Shown here piece after piece: positions 28,641 through 42,150 of a DNA stretch of 64,000 nucleotides (positions are counted from its first letter, which is position 1; each line of letters opens with the position of its first letter). The notes beneath the pieces are model-generated. The model was not told where the DNA came from, did no database searches, and saw only the letters and a list, made by a program, of their open reading frames with translations. This DNA comes from Octopus vulgaris (Eukaryota): the NCBI GenBank assembly GCA_951406725.2, contig OX597814.1, forward strand, positions 197,036,001-197,100,000. The letters run 5' to 3'. A program made the translations under genes and the position numbers.

Positions 28641-29202
28641 AAATAAAAGATAGTAGTATGGGTATTCTAATTGAGGCGTGAGACTTACGTGTTTTTATAG
28701 TGCGTTTGATGCTATGAAGTATTACTAATTTAATCTCTGTATTCAAAATCACTTCCGTGACCACCACCACTTTTTCAATTAAGGTCAGGAATGCCGAGGG
28801 ATTGGACAATTGCTTACATCCGTTACTGCATTTGGGAGGCTTATTTTATTGATCATGGGTAATTAAAAGACAAAGTAAAAATATTTTCAGCCATCCCAAA
28901 TTCATTTTAAATAAATTCATCATCATAATATAAATTAAATTATTAAATTTAGCTTTAATTAAATACAGATAAAAGCAACTTTGACAAATTAGCGATATAT
29001 ATATATATACTTACGTACACCGTTAAAGGCAAAATGTACTACAGCATTCCTTTGGAGATACCATCCCTAATGGATGTGCTGTATATATAATCTTCCTAGC
29101 AGCGGCTATTGAGAACGCTAACTGCATTTCTCTCTAGTTGCAGTCTGTCAATAGCGTGTACTCACAACCAGATGCATGCCTAGATGAAATTTGCATCACC
29201 AG

Positions 29203-29506
29203 TACGACGTTGATGTTTCCAGTTGATCCGATCAACCGAGCAGCCTGCTCATGAAATTAATGTGCAAGTAGCTGCGCACTCCATTAACACCCGTACCCAT
29301 AACGTATTTCTCAGGCAGTTTCAACATGTAACACAATGTGACAAGGCTGGCCCTTTAATTTACTGGTACAATTCCTATTGGCCAACCGCAAGGACAGGAG
29401 GAACGTGAAATAAAATGTCTTGCTCAACAGCAGAAGGTATCGCAGGGATTCAAACTCCCGACCTTACGCCCGCGGGCCGAATACCCTAACCACAAAGCTA
29501 CGTGCC
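29203..29506 (-). mobile_element. Diverged OR1-like SINE
   Basis: GTTGATCCGATCAAC, CAGCCTGCTCATGAAATTAA and GACAAGGCTGGCCCTTT are reverse complements of 3455-3837 segments; tRNA-like head at the right end. Confidence 0.8.
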
Positions 29507-30130
29507 TTAACTATCACCAATATACAGCGTTCTTTATTCACATTTTTTTTTTCACCAATAAAGAGTGTATAATCAATCACTGTTTTTGCGAGTTGTCACC
29601 CGGCTAAAAAAAAACCTGTAGCATCAAATAGAAGTAGTAGCAGATTAAAAGACTAATCATGTCTCATAGTTTAAGTAAATACATCGCGAAAGGCAAATTT
29701 ACAGCAGTATTCGTCACGATATAACATTTCTTATGGACGTACTGTATTTAAAAATATGTCCGAAAGATATATTATCTCCGAATTAATAACAGTATGTTTT
29801 CCATTCTCGATATATTTACATTAATTATAAGCACATGTCTATTTCAATGTTTCTTTCAATAAATTATTGTTTATAAAACTGCTTATTAAAATTGATACAT
29901 GGTTACATTTCATATATACAAATTCAATCCATTCAGTTGAGCAATAAGGAGACTTTTATGTTACAGTAAAGATTTAACATTATAGCAAAACTAAAATTTC
30001 TTAACAATTTATCAAAAATTCAAATGCACGATTTTAATATTAATTTCACATATTCTCAAGAAAATCTGAGCTTACTCTTCATCAACACCTTCGATATATA
30101 AAGAATTTCATCTAAATTTATAAACTCAAA

Positions 30131-30480
30131 TATACTTCTGTAATGTCTGAGGAAAGTCATTTTCTTTTTGTGCCTTATTATATATTACACTCACCGGTAA
30201 AATTTCCACTTTTTTCTTATTTTCATCTTCCTAAAATTTTCGTTGCGTCTTGCAACCTTTTCAATAGTCTTGACTCTCAAAACTATTGAAAAGGTTGCAA
30301 GACGCAACGAAAATTTTAGGATAATAAAAATAAGAAAAAAGTGGAAATTTTTACCGGTGTGTGTATTATATTATAAGGCACAAAAAGAGAATGACTCTCC
30401 CCAGACACAGCAGAATATGCTTCAACACACGAACTCATATAAAGAATTTTGCAAACCAAATCCAAAAGCGAAATACTTCT
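30131..30480. mobile_element. Palindromic element (~135 bp arms, 30131-30419) with a hammerhead-like motif on each strand
   Basis: TCCTAAAATTTTCGTTGCGTCTTGCAACCTTTTCAATAGT is perfectly inverted across a ~13 nt spacer; the arms continue outward with few mismatches. Confidence 0.85.
30283..30319 (+). ncRNA. Minimal type-I hammerhead-like motif, U3-A8 core variant (mirror copy on minus strand at 30231-30267)
   Basis: CTA-TTGAAAA-G-GTTGC-AAGAC-GCAAC-GAA-AATT-T-TAG: 3 bp stem I, 5 bp stem II, palindromic AATT stem III. Confidence 0.45.
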
Positions 30481-30979
30481 GTTAGTAAAGTATAAAATCA
30501 TTTACTAGTCAGAGAATGATTAAATGCGCAAGTTTAATATTTCAGAAAGAGCGGCAAATAACTTCATATTTCCAATTCAATTTTGCTCTTTTCCACTCAT
30601 TTACTGATTTCGTATAAGATAAGACCTGTGCTTTTAGTTGTACCAGATTAATGACAATACCGTGAAATATTCATAAGGGAATATTTTCTGGACAACACTT
30701 TTGTTTGCACGGTATTTCTATGGCTGTAACGTAACTAAAATATTTATAAGAAAAGCTTATCAGATTTTCTTAGGGAATTAATGCTAATTTAATTTATAAC
30801 ATGTAGATTAAGTCACATTATGTGATTATCTATTTTACTATATACAACGTAAGGAAGCTTTGGAACTATTTTCGAACATGCATAGTGTAAGTTAATCATA
30901 TGTGATTGAGAAGCTGTATTTTTTTGTATACATACGCATATATTTGTAAGTACATACATACACACGACACAAGCATATA

Positions 30980-31023
<44 letters not shown>

Positions 31024-31120
31024 TTTAAATAATGAGGGAGATAAATTAATATTAATTTTAATATCAATTTAAAACCAGTAGTCCAGCATACAAAAATCTG
31101 AGGAGTCAGAGAAAATTCTA

Positions 31121-31403
31121 ATATATGTGTATATTGGCAGGGCTTACTGCTAGGGAGTCGGCCATATGCTAGAAATAGACCATTAACGGTCAAACTACAA
31201 GGAAATTCTCTACAGGAAAAATACAGCGAACACCAGAACCAATTTTGGCGGGCATGACAGATGAAAATTTATATAAAAAACAGAATTAAATGCATACCTC
31301 GGTTTCAGCCTTAACAAGAGAATTACTTATGCAATCCAAATGTCCGTGCTTCTAGCATATGGCCGACTCCCTAGCAGTAAGCCCTGCCAATATACACATA
31401 TAT
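31121..31403. mobile_element. 283 bp element with perfect 54 bp terminal inverted repeats
   Basis: 31121-31174 ATATATGTGTATATTGGCAGGGCTTACTGCTAGGGAGTCGGCCATATGCTAGAA is the exact reverse complement of 31350-31403. Confidence 0.85.
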
Positions 31404-31406
31404 ATA

Positions 31407-31760
<354 letters not shown>

Positions 31761-31877
31761 ATTATATCAAAAATTCTTTTTTTTTGATTGATGCTGCAAT
31801 ATACATATATAATTATATATATGATATAATATGTATTATATATATGGCCGATTTCCTAGTATATACCCTGCCAATAT

Positions 31878-32158
<281 letters not shown>

Positions 32159-32263
32159 AGTATATATATGTGTATATTGGCAGGGCTTACTCTAGGGAGT
32201 CGGCCATATGCTAGAAGCACGGACATTTGGATTGCATAAGTAATTCTCTTGTTATATATAATT

Positions 32264-32438
<175 letters not shown>

Positions 32439-32820
32439 TATATATATGTATGTATATTGGCAGGGCTAACTGATAGGGAGTCGGCCGTATGCTAGAAGAA
32501 GCACGGACATTTGAATTACGTAATTCTCTTGTTAAGGCTGAAACCGAGGTATGCATTTAATTCTGTTTTTTATATAAATTTTCATCTGTCATGCCCGCCA
32601 AAATTGGTTCTGGTGTTCGCTGTATTTTTCCTGTAGAGAATTTCCTTGTAGTTTGACCGTTAATGGTCTATTTCTAGCATATGGCCGACTCCTAGCAGTA
32701 AGCCCTGCCAATATACACATATATTAGAATTTTCTCTGACTCCTCAGATTTTTGTATGCTGGACTACTGGTTTTAAATTGATATTAAAATTAATATTAAT
32801 TTATCTCCTCATTATTTAAA

Positions 32821-32874
<54 letters not shown>

Positions 32875-32898
32875 CACACATACATACATACATACATA

Positions 32899-32958
32899 GG
32901 TGCAGGAGTGGCTGTGTGGTGAGTAGCTTGCTTACCAACCACGTGGTTCCGGGTTCAG
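32899..32958 (+). mobile_element. SINE family A head, truncated at the B box
   Basis: GGTGCAGGAGTGGCTGTGTGGTGAG...CCGGGTTCAG, then an abrupt switch to unrelated sequence. Confidence 0.85.
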
Positions 32959-33130
32959 ATGGCCAGAAAACCGAAGAGATGGTGTTGTGAATTTCCACTT
33001 CGGCATCTGAAACTCAGAGTTTTAACTTGACTATTGAATAATAGTCACATATTAATTTACAGATAAATTTCCTCTATTTACTTAATATTGAGGTCTCTTT
33101 CTTTCGTTTGTTATCTTACCGTTTTTACCA

Positions 33131-33131
<1 letters not shown>
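32959..33131 (+). mobile_element. Penelope-like remnant with hammerhead-like motif, ending in (TA)n
   Basis: AA-CCGAAGA-GATG...CATC-T-GAAACTCAGAGTT-TT at 32969-33023; shares GAAACTCAGAGT with 40223-40234. Confidence 0.5.
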
Positions 33132-33191
<60 letters not shown>

Positions 33192-33694
33192 TACATGTAC
33201 ATATGTGTTTGTGTGGATAGATAGATAGAGAGAGAGAAAGAGAGAGATGGATCGATGGATAGAGAAATAGGGAAATGGAAAGAGAGACAGAGATAGTTTT
33301 ATGGATGGATTGGTGTAAGTAACTGAAAATATAACGGAGACACCTTAAGATTTAAATGTCGAGTGTTACACGTCCGTGTAAGCTCCAACCTAATATCAAT
33401 GATAATATACTTTTTCGCCATTGTCATCATATTTTCTTCGATAAGATTCTAACTGTCTTTTCCATAATATATTGCTTCTTTTAAACTGTCAGCGTTTATT
33501 TTGAACGGGATCTAGCCATACTTTCGAAAGTATTGGCAAAAGAATATACCCTCTCTAAATCTTCACTATTCACTAACTGGAGCTAATTCGGAATGGTTAA
33601 GAACTCGGCGAAAATCACTTGCGGGATATTGCCGTTCTAAGCCCTCGTGAAGTCAAGAAGCTGATATATTTATATATGTGAGTGTGTGTATATG

Positions 33695-33739
<45 letters not shown>

Positions 33740-33969
33740 ATATATATGTATGTAAATATATATGTGTGTGTATGTATGTATGTATATATATATGTATGTA
33801 AATATATATGTGTGTATATGTATTTATATATATATATATATCATGTATGTGTGTATATATAATGTATGTGTGTGTAAATATAATGTATGTGTGTGTATAT
33901 ATAATGTTTGTGTGTGTATATATAATGTATGTGTGTGTATATATATGTATGTATGTGTGTGTATATATA

Positions 33970-34013
<44 letters not shown>

Positions 34014-34900
34014 TATATACTTATGTATATATCTATGGACATACATGCATATATATATAGATTGATAGATAGATAGATGTGTGTGTGTGTCTGTGTGTAT
34101 GTATGTGCTTTTACGTATGCATATCTGTATGACAAGAAAAATAAAATACCTGCTTAAATTGCACGCATCGGGTTCACTATCCGTTTACCATTTGTATCTC
34201 TCGCTTAACATAAGTACAAAATTCCGCGCGCCCTACATTTACAGTTCGAAACTATTATTTAAGTAAGCAACTACAAATACGTTTTAAAATTCGATATCGA
34301 TCTGTAAATGATCGAACCATTAGTATTTTCTACAATAACAAAACATCTTTACGAAATAGATATACATATTGATTTCGCTATATTGATCAAGAAAATTAAT
34401 AGCATTTTTTTTATAAATCTATTTTACCACATCTATGTACAACAACAACACCAGCAACAACAATGATAATGATAATGACGAGGACGTCGACGATGAGAAA
34501 AATAATGATGATGGTGGTGGTGGTGGTGGTGGTGGTGGTGGTGGTGGTAGTGGTGGTGGTGGTGGTGGTGGTGGTGATGACGACAACGACGATGAAACGG
34601 AGAAATATCTATTTCTATTGAAATTCCAACTAAAGATAGTTTGTCAGATTTTATTTGTTATCTATAAAACAATGAAATATTCCTAAATTAATTAGTTCGT
34701 AGCCATGAAAACCAAATCAAATATCTCCAATATCAATTTGCTTTAAAAATTAAATCTCACAACATATACGACACCGAAAATCTATCTTATAATGAGAGTA
34801 AATCTGAAAAAAAAAACTATATTTTTATTTCATTTTTTTCTTCTGGCTTTCCATTAACATTGTTTATAATAATACTCCTTCCGACTATAAAACTTAGACG

Positions 34901-34952
<52 letters not shown>

Positions 34953-35052
34953 TTACTACTACTACTACTAATTATTATTATTATTATTATTATTATTATT
35001 GTAATAATATTAACGATAATAATAGTAATCATAACGATAATCGTAATATATG

Positions 35053-35460
35053 ATACATAAAGACCGGCAAATAAATTATAACAGGCCAGACATCGTCATC
35101 AAAGACCCTAAGACAAAAGACGTGCCTGTAATTAATATGACGGTGCCTACTGATAGAAACATCTCAGCAGAAGAATTTTAAAAAAATTATCGAAATACAA
35201 GGACCTTGAGTTTGTGATATCTAGGATGTGGTAATTAAAAGTAAAAGAGCCAGCCCCGTTGATGTGGGTGCCCTGAGGATGATCAAGAAAGGTACTGACA
35301 AATTTTCTGACCAGATCCCAAGAAAACCAACAAACAAACAGCGGGGTTCAAAAGATTGTGCTGACATATACCAATCAGCTTCTCAGGAAATCTCTCTTCA
35401 CTTTATATATACGTGCCTTAGGTTTCCGGTCGAGGAAATTAAACTAAAAGATAATAATAA
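35053..35460 (+). mobile_element. Dead R4/Dong-clade non-LTR retrotransposon 3' end (restriction-like endonuclease domain)
   Basis: Peptides DRQINYNRPDIVIKD, INMTVPTDRNIS, KKLSKYKDLE..ISRMW*, PVDVGALRMIKKG, with stops and frameshifts; ends in ATAATAATAA. RPD..D and KxxKY are the RLE motifs. Confidence 0.88.
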
Positions 35461-36659
35461 TTCCTAATGCTATTGTTATTGTTGTTGTTGTTGGTGTTGG
35501 TGTTGGTGGTGTTTTTGGTGGTGTTGTTGGTGGTGGGTGTTGTTGTTGGTGTTGTTGTTGGTGGTGGTGGGGATTGTGGTGTTAACACTTGTAATAACTA
35601 TACCACTGATAAACTTAACGATGCTGCCGTTTGCGAGTTCGGCGAAAGCAGTACGTAACAGGTCTCACAATAATTTCCTAATCAGTCAACGAAACCTTTA
35701 TCCCCCTCCAAGCTGTTCATTTTTGTTTTCTCTGATAATTGGCCTTTCTGGGAGTTTTCATTCTTTCGACCGAGCAATGCATTCTTTAGCTCATTTTTCT
35801 CCATAGTCTTTACCTTTGTCATGAGGGTTTTTCATTCCTTTCCTCTTTAAAAAGATGTCTTCAATCTCAGACTTTGCGTATTAGCTGTTTTCCTTGAAGG
35901 CGGCATCAAAGCACAATTTTTGGTTTTGTTTGCTTTTCCGTAGTTTTCTGTATTAGTTTTCCATTACTCTCTGCTTGAGAGTTTATTCTTTAATGGATGT
36001 TAATCTAATGAGCTTTGTAACAACTTAATGCATTTTCGACTTTTCTTAACCTTTGCATTTATTTGTCTGTTTTTACATTTAAAATGACTATTTCCTGGAT
36101 ATTTTTAAATATAGAATTTGGGCAAATTTCTTCATCTTGTTAACTAAAATCATATTAGTGTTCTTAAATAATCATCAATTCTTCTCCGTTGCTGTGGAGT
36201 AATAATCTTATTTGTAATCCTTATAATTATCTCTAATACACCTCTCCACTAAATAAGATTGCGTTTCTATTAGATTATTGACTGTAGTGTGCAGTTTGAG
36301 ATCGGGTTCACCGGGAACGTTTTTTTGTTATATGCATTCACGTCCAGTCATGTTTAACATAACATAAAAGTTGCGAAGGCTTCCTTTGAATAGACCACTT
36401 TTAAGAGAGACAAGGTTGGGTTCTAAAAAGCTATTTGCCATTTTTGATATATTGAAATTACTGGCACAAACGTTCGCGATCTTAATGTTTTCTTGATTAA
36501 CATGTATAATGCACTATTAAACTTTACGAACAAAATGCCCCCCGTCCAATGGACGGTGCTGAGTTGTCAAACATTTAACCAAATGTTCTCAAAACAACTT
36601 GTCCGACCATCCCATAGGCCTCCCCTTTGAGAAACACTGATTTAACCTAAATTTGAGAC

Positions 36660-36889
36660 ACCAGCAAAAGAAGAAATAAAGATAGACTTTTTTTCTATTC
36701 CAAAGAAAAAGGATTTCCTACGGCTTTATCGATCGCAGTCTCACCTGGAATCGGTTTTTGTAATTTTTCCAAGACTTATACACGCCCTGATACCGTCGGT
36801 ATCTACATATCAACTTTGAGCGCAATCGGATGGAGGATGCCCAAGATCCTAGAAGCCACACACACACAGAACGGGTTTTATATAAGAGA
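36660..36889 (-). mobile_element. Non-autonomous Helitron-like element, 5' part
   Basis: Minus strand starts A|TCTCTTATATAAAA, then (TG)n and CCGATTGCGCTCAAAGTTG; same layout as 48966-49339. The 3' end is uncertain. Confidence 0.55.
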
Positions 36890-37147
36890 TTTGGTCATTC
36901 CCAGACTAACTTGGACCGTTTTTCCTTTATGAGGAGTTCCTGGTTACAACTTTGTTATTCAGTTATTGATATTTAAAACCGTATAAACCATTGCAGTAAC
37001 CCTTCTGCTCTTCTACAAACGAAATATATATATATTTATTTCTTGTGTGTGTGTATATATACGTTGCAATATTACGACAGTTAATGATTTGGAAGTTGTA
37101 GGAAGGAAAAGTATTGGTCAGAAACTATTACGGCTTCGTGTTTGTCT

Positions 37148-37217
37148 TTGTTGTCTCGAAGATGAAAACGGTTTTCGTTGTTGTCTCGAAGATGAAAACG
37201 GTTTTCGTTGTTGTCTC
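37148..37217. repeat. Perfect 30 bp tandem duplication (2.3 copies)
   Basis: Unit TTGTTGTCTCGAAGATGAAAACGGTTTTCG. Confidence 0.95.
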
Positions 37218-38041
37218 CAGGTTCACGAGCGTTTAATTAAAAGTCTTTAACTGAACAAGAACAAAGATAATTCCGAAAGTACACTTGAATGAAATCGTTA
37301 CTGTTAGAAGTCGGGATATCATTGTTGCGCTTCTCCTTTCAATGTTATCCAGGAATGCAGATGTGTATTTTAACTAAATTCTGTTTTCAAATATTAACAT
37401 CAGAAGAAAATAAATCAATGGGAAATAGATCCATTAATACTCACCTATGTCTACTTCTTCATCTATAAAACATACACCACTTTTTTTTTTCACATTTGGT
37501 TGATTATTAAATATATAAACAGGTATAAATTTTGTATTTTTGTTTCCTCTTACACAATGTTATTTTCGCAAGATATATCTTAATCAATATCGCTATCAAA
37601 ATTATAGAGAGAAATAAAGAAAGTGAAAAATTGATTCTATAAAAGGAGTATTAGTGCATCTTTGTAAACACCTATGCTATTAGCAACGTGTACTTAAGGA
37701 TGTATGTGGGTGTAGCTATTAACAGGCACTGAACAAAGACGAAATGAATGGGTTTCCCTGTGGATTTAATGGCTGAGGTAACAAAGTGCTAACATGTCAT
37801 TATGAGCAGAGTAGTGTACCTGTTGGCGTTATTTAATTAACCTTCTGATCAGGATAAATGCTTATAACAAATTCACACGAATAATAAATAGTAATAATGT
37901 AGAAACAATATCAGAAAAGGAATAACAACAGAAAGCGTTAATGCGATTCTATGAAGCACAGAAGGGACTCATACAAACATAGAGGCATTCATACAAAAGG
38001 AGAAAGTTTTATATATATATACATGCATGTTTATATATATA

Positions 38042-38084
<43 letters not shown>

Positions 38085-38165
38085 GCATGTATATATATAT
38101 ATATATATATATATGCATGTATGTATATATATAAATATGTATATATATATATGCATGTATGTATG

Positions 38166-38205
<40 letters not shown>

Positions 38206-38234
38206 AACATAAATAGAAATGAAAATGTATGTAT

Positions 38235-38278
<44 letters not shown>

Positions 38279-38304
38279 AGAAACAGTAATGAAAATGTAT
38301 GTAT

Positions 38305-38374
<70 letters not shown>

Positions 38375-39123
38375 GAAAATATGTGTGTGTGTGTGTATAT
38401 ATATTCCGATTAATTATGTTAGTTTGTATGAAGCTGTGTATATAATTCTGCACCACTAATTAATACTTACTGGTTTATTCACATTATCGTTAGAAGGGAA
38501 AGCAATAATCAATTTATATATTTTATATAAATCTATACGCAAACACATTCTGTCTGTGGCAACATGTTTTTCCTCCCTTTGGTGTTATTATTTTTCTTTA
38601 TCGTTTTTCTTCCTTATTTCTCTTTCTTACATACAGTCTCTATCCGTCTTCCCACGGTCCTACCCATTCTCAGTTTAACCCACATCCCTTCTACCATCTT
38701 ACATTCTTGTATATCAATTAATTCATCGTTCAGAGCAAATGATGCTGGTTATATATTTTTCAGGACGTAAATATATTGTAATCATTATATAAAAGACCCA
38801 GAGTTCAAAAACATAAAACGATCGGTAACAATCGATATCACACAGAATTATTAGAATAAATAATTCATATTTAATGCTATAAGATGTCTTATGGCATTCA
38901 GTTATGAATATGTACTGGCAACTTGCTAAAATAGATAACAATACTACAAAACCGTGAATACCATAAAATATGGCTGTCGTGTCAGAATATATTCAAGTAG
39001 AGTACTGTTCTGGTTTTATTGCTTCCGCCGCTTATTATGCCCTGGCGCAGATGCGATATCATTATAAGAACAATGTCACTCGCGGTGATTTATTGGGAAA
39101 ATACGTGATATGTTAATTTAAAT

Positions 39124-39164
39124 ATCTATCTATCTGTATATCTATCTATCTGTATATCTATATA

Positions 39165-39228
<64 letters not shown>

Positions 39229-39246
39229 TATCTCTTTGTCCGTCTG

Positions 39247-39327
<81 letters not shown>

Positions 39328-39374
39328 ATCTGTTTGTCTGTCTGTCTGTCTATCTATGTATCTATCTCTCTATA

Positions 39375-39431
<57 letters not shown>

Positions 39432-39725
39432 ATCTGTCTGAGTGTCTATCTATATCTGTCTTTCTGTCTATATCTGTCTTTCTGTCTATATCTGTCTGTC
39501 TGTCTATATATGTCTGTCTGTCTATATATGTCTGTCTGTCTATCTATATGTGTCTGTCTGTCTGTCTGCCTGTCTATCTACCTACCTATCTCTCTGTCTA
39601 TCTATCTATCTACCTATATATATATGTGTGTGTGTACATATTATTTATAGAGACAGACATATAGATAGACATTTATATACATATATATATGTATACATAC
39701 ATACATACATACATACACACACACA

Positions 39726-39815
<90 letters not shown>
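39124..39815. repeat. (CTAT)n/(CTGT)n/(CA)n/(AT)n compound microsatellite
   Basis: Directly visible. Confidence 0.95.
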
Positions 39816-39817
<2 letters not shown>

Positions 39818-40079
39818 GATGGGTTGTGTGTGGTAGAATTATGAATATAAATTTCATAGCGAAACAGACGTAATGATTACTTGCTGACATGAAGATAAAT
39901 TTCTAATCTCAATCGTAAATAACGGAATTCGGGAAGGAAATACAATGAAGCTGTCTGTTAAAACTATGATCTTTGTAAAAACTGGACTAGAGTAACTCAT
40001 ATGTCAAAGTATATTACTATATAATTTGATAAAAATAATATATGCATACGTGCATAATATCTATAGATGCATACACACA

Positions 40080-40127
<48 letters not shown>

Positions 40128-40130
<3 letters not shown>

Positions 40131-40342
40131 TAAAGCAACAGAAAATTAACAAAACAACAGAAAATGTTAACAAAACTGAGTTTCCCGTTGCCGTTCAAGA
40201 ACTGTCCGATGAACGGCAACGGGAAACTCAGAGTAACAGGTTTTGTTGAATTTTCTGCTGCTTTAAATAAAGCATATTACTCTACCACTGGTATTTTAGT
40301 ACTCTTTTTCCACCTTGTTTCACATTTATGTGTTTACTCCGG
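40128..40342 (+). mobile_element. Penelope-like remnant between (TA)n tracts, with inverted 5' duplication, hammerhead-like motif and AATAAA
   Basis: Perfect 22 bp inverted repeat 40176-40197/40210-40231; outer inverted repeat TTTAAAGCAACAGAAAATT/AATTTTCTGCTGCTTTAAA; AATAAA at about 40266. Confidence 0.7.
40202..40239 (+). ncRNA. Minimal type-I hammerhead-like motif (U4C core)
   Basis: CTGT-CCGATGA-A-CG-GCAA-CG-G-GAA-ACTC-A-GAGT-A-ACAG: 4 bp stem I, weak GNRA-capped stem II, GUA site. Confidence 0.5.
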
Positions 40343-40373
<31 letters not shown>

Positions 40374-40465
40374 CATATGGAAGTAAATGTATGTAATTGT
40401 GTATATATCTATATATAATATGTATATGTGCATGCGCATATATATGTATGTGTGTGTGTGTGTAT

Positions 40466-40807
40466 GTAATATACATTCGGAAGATCCTGGAAGGAATTGT
40501 GCCAAATTTTGGCATTGAAATGTATACCAATGCCAGAACGGGTCGACTGTGCACAGCGTGAAAGATCCTAGTAATTCCATCGCGCTTCAGGACCAGTTAC
40601 TGAAACACCCTGGTTGTCAGGTGCCCACAGCTTTTTAATATCGTCCTAAAGAGTCTGAGGGACCTACACAAAGTGGATGTATATATTTTCAAATCAAAAC
40701 TGGACTTCTTCCTGTCGAGAGTCCTTGATGTACCTACCTCGCAGAAAGAGGTGCAAATGAGGATAGCAACGTCAAAATCCCTTATTCACCAAATGCCACA
40801 TATTTGA
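40466..40807 (+). mobile_element. Dead CR1-clade LINE, ORF2 C-terminus
   Basis: One frame: VIYIRKILEGIVPNFGIEMYTNARTGR..*..PSRFRTSY*NTL..PQLFNIVLKSLRDL..FKSKLDFFLSRVLDVP, the typical CR1 end, with two internal stops. Confidence 0.85.
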
Positions 40808-40814
40808 GGAGGCT

Positions 40815-40968
40815 GTCATTACGTTCTGAGTTCAAATTCCGCCAAGGTCGAGTTTGCCTTTCATCCTTTCGGGGTCGGTAAATTAAGTACAAGTGAAACA
40901 CTGGGGTCGATCTAATCGACTGGTCCCCTCTCCCAAAATTTCGAGCCTGTTACCCGGAACAGAAAAGC
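40815..40968 (+). mobile_element. SINE family B, 5'-truncated, alternative tail
   Basis: GAGTTCAAATTCCGCCAAGGTCGAGTTTGCCTTTCATCCTTTCGGGGTCG then CCCTCTCCCAAAATTTCGAGCC. Confidence 0.85.
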
Positions 40969-40994
40969 ATATATATACGTTTCTTAAACATATG

Positions 40995-41057
<63 letters not shown>

Positions 41058-41099
41058 TATATGCATACTTTTATGCATCTCACACTTTCTCTCTCTCTT

Positions 41100-41147
<48 letters not shown>

Positions 41148-42119
41148 ACATACAGATATACGTTGCTACGTATATCTAACATCACCACCAATGCGCTCAT
41201 AGGCTGAAATATGAAGTTCGCTATACATGTACAAATTATGCGTGTAGCTAATTAGCAACACACACGCACATGTATATATGTCAGCATAAATATCTATGTG
41301 TGTCTATATCTGTACAAATGCACGTGTGTATATGTATGTCTGTGTGTATGTATGTTTGTGTGTGTGGTTCAATGATTCATTAATTTAAATGATGACTCAT
41401 TCCTGAGACTAGGGTGTAAGAAAGTAATTTTCAACTATCATATAGAAGATTATTTGTCTGGCCTCTGATCAAATTGCATGCACGGAAGTCACAGCTTATA
41501 CTGTGCTTATTCAATTTAGCAACATTTTACTTCAGGCATCTCTTGCTTTAAGCTCCATCAAGCGAATGCGTTAACTTATTTTACTGTTGCTAAATGCCAT
41601 GCTATTAACATCACTAAGGCAGTTGCGAAAAAATAAAATATACATATATATATATATATATATGTCGATAAATGACCTTTCACATATCAATATCTATAAC
41701 TTGCAACTCTGCAAGCTTGCGTCTTCTTCGATAATTAGACGAAGGAAATGGTTTATCAATGATGTGTAAATATGGCTTTCAAGAAGGTATGAAAAAAATA
41801 AGAATGAAGAAAAAGGCGGGACTTTAACCACTTGAGAGTTCAAACTTCCTAGAGGAAATAACTTTGTGTCAAACTCCATTTGAAAAATTTCGTGTAATAA
41901 TTACAAGGCGCTTTTATCTGCATTGAATGGTGAAAGAAATTCATTGCCGTCGTATTCAAACGAAAGAGTCTTTATCGAGTTACGTGGACAATTATAGAAA
42001 CTAGAAAATTGAGAACATGTTTTTCGAGAAATTTATGCAAATTCTAAATACACAGATGATTAAAATAAACAAATAAATAAATATTATTATGATTCTTATT
42101 ATTCTTATTATTATTATTG

Positions 42120-42150
<31 letters not shown>

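Noticed and set aside
37148-37217. CRISPR-like 30 bp palindromic repeats
   Set aside because: The repeats are contiguous with no spacers, and the context is eukaryotic.
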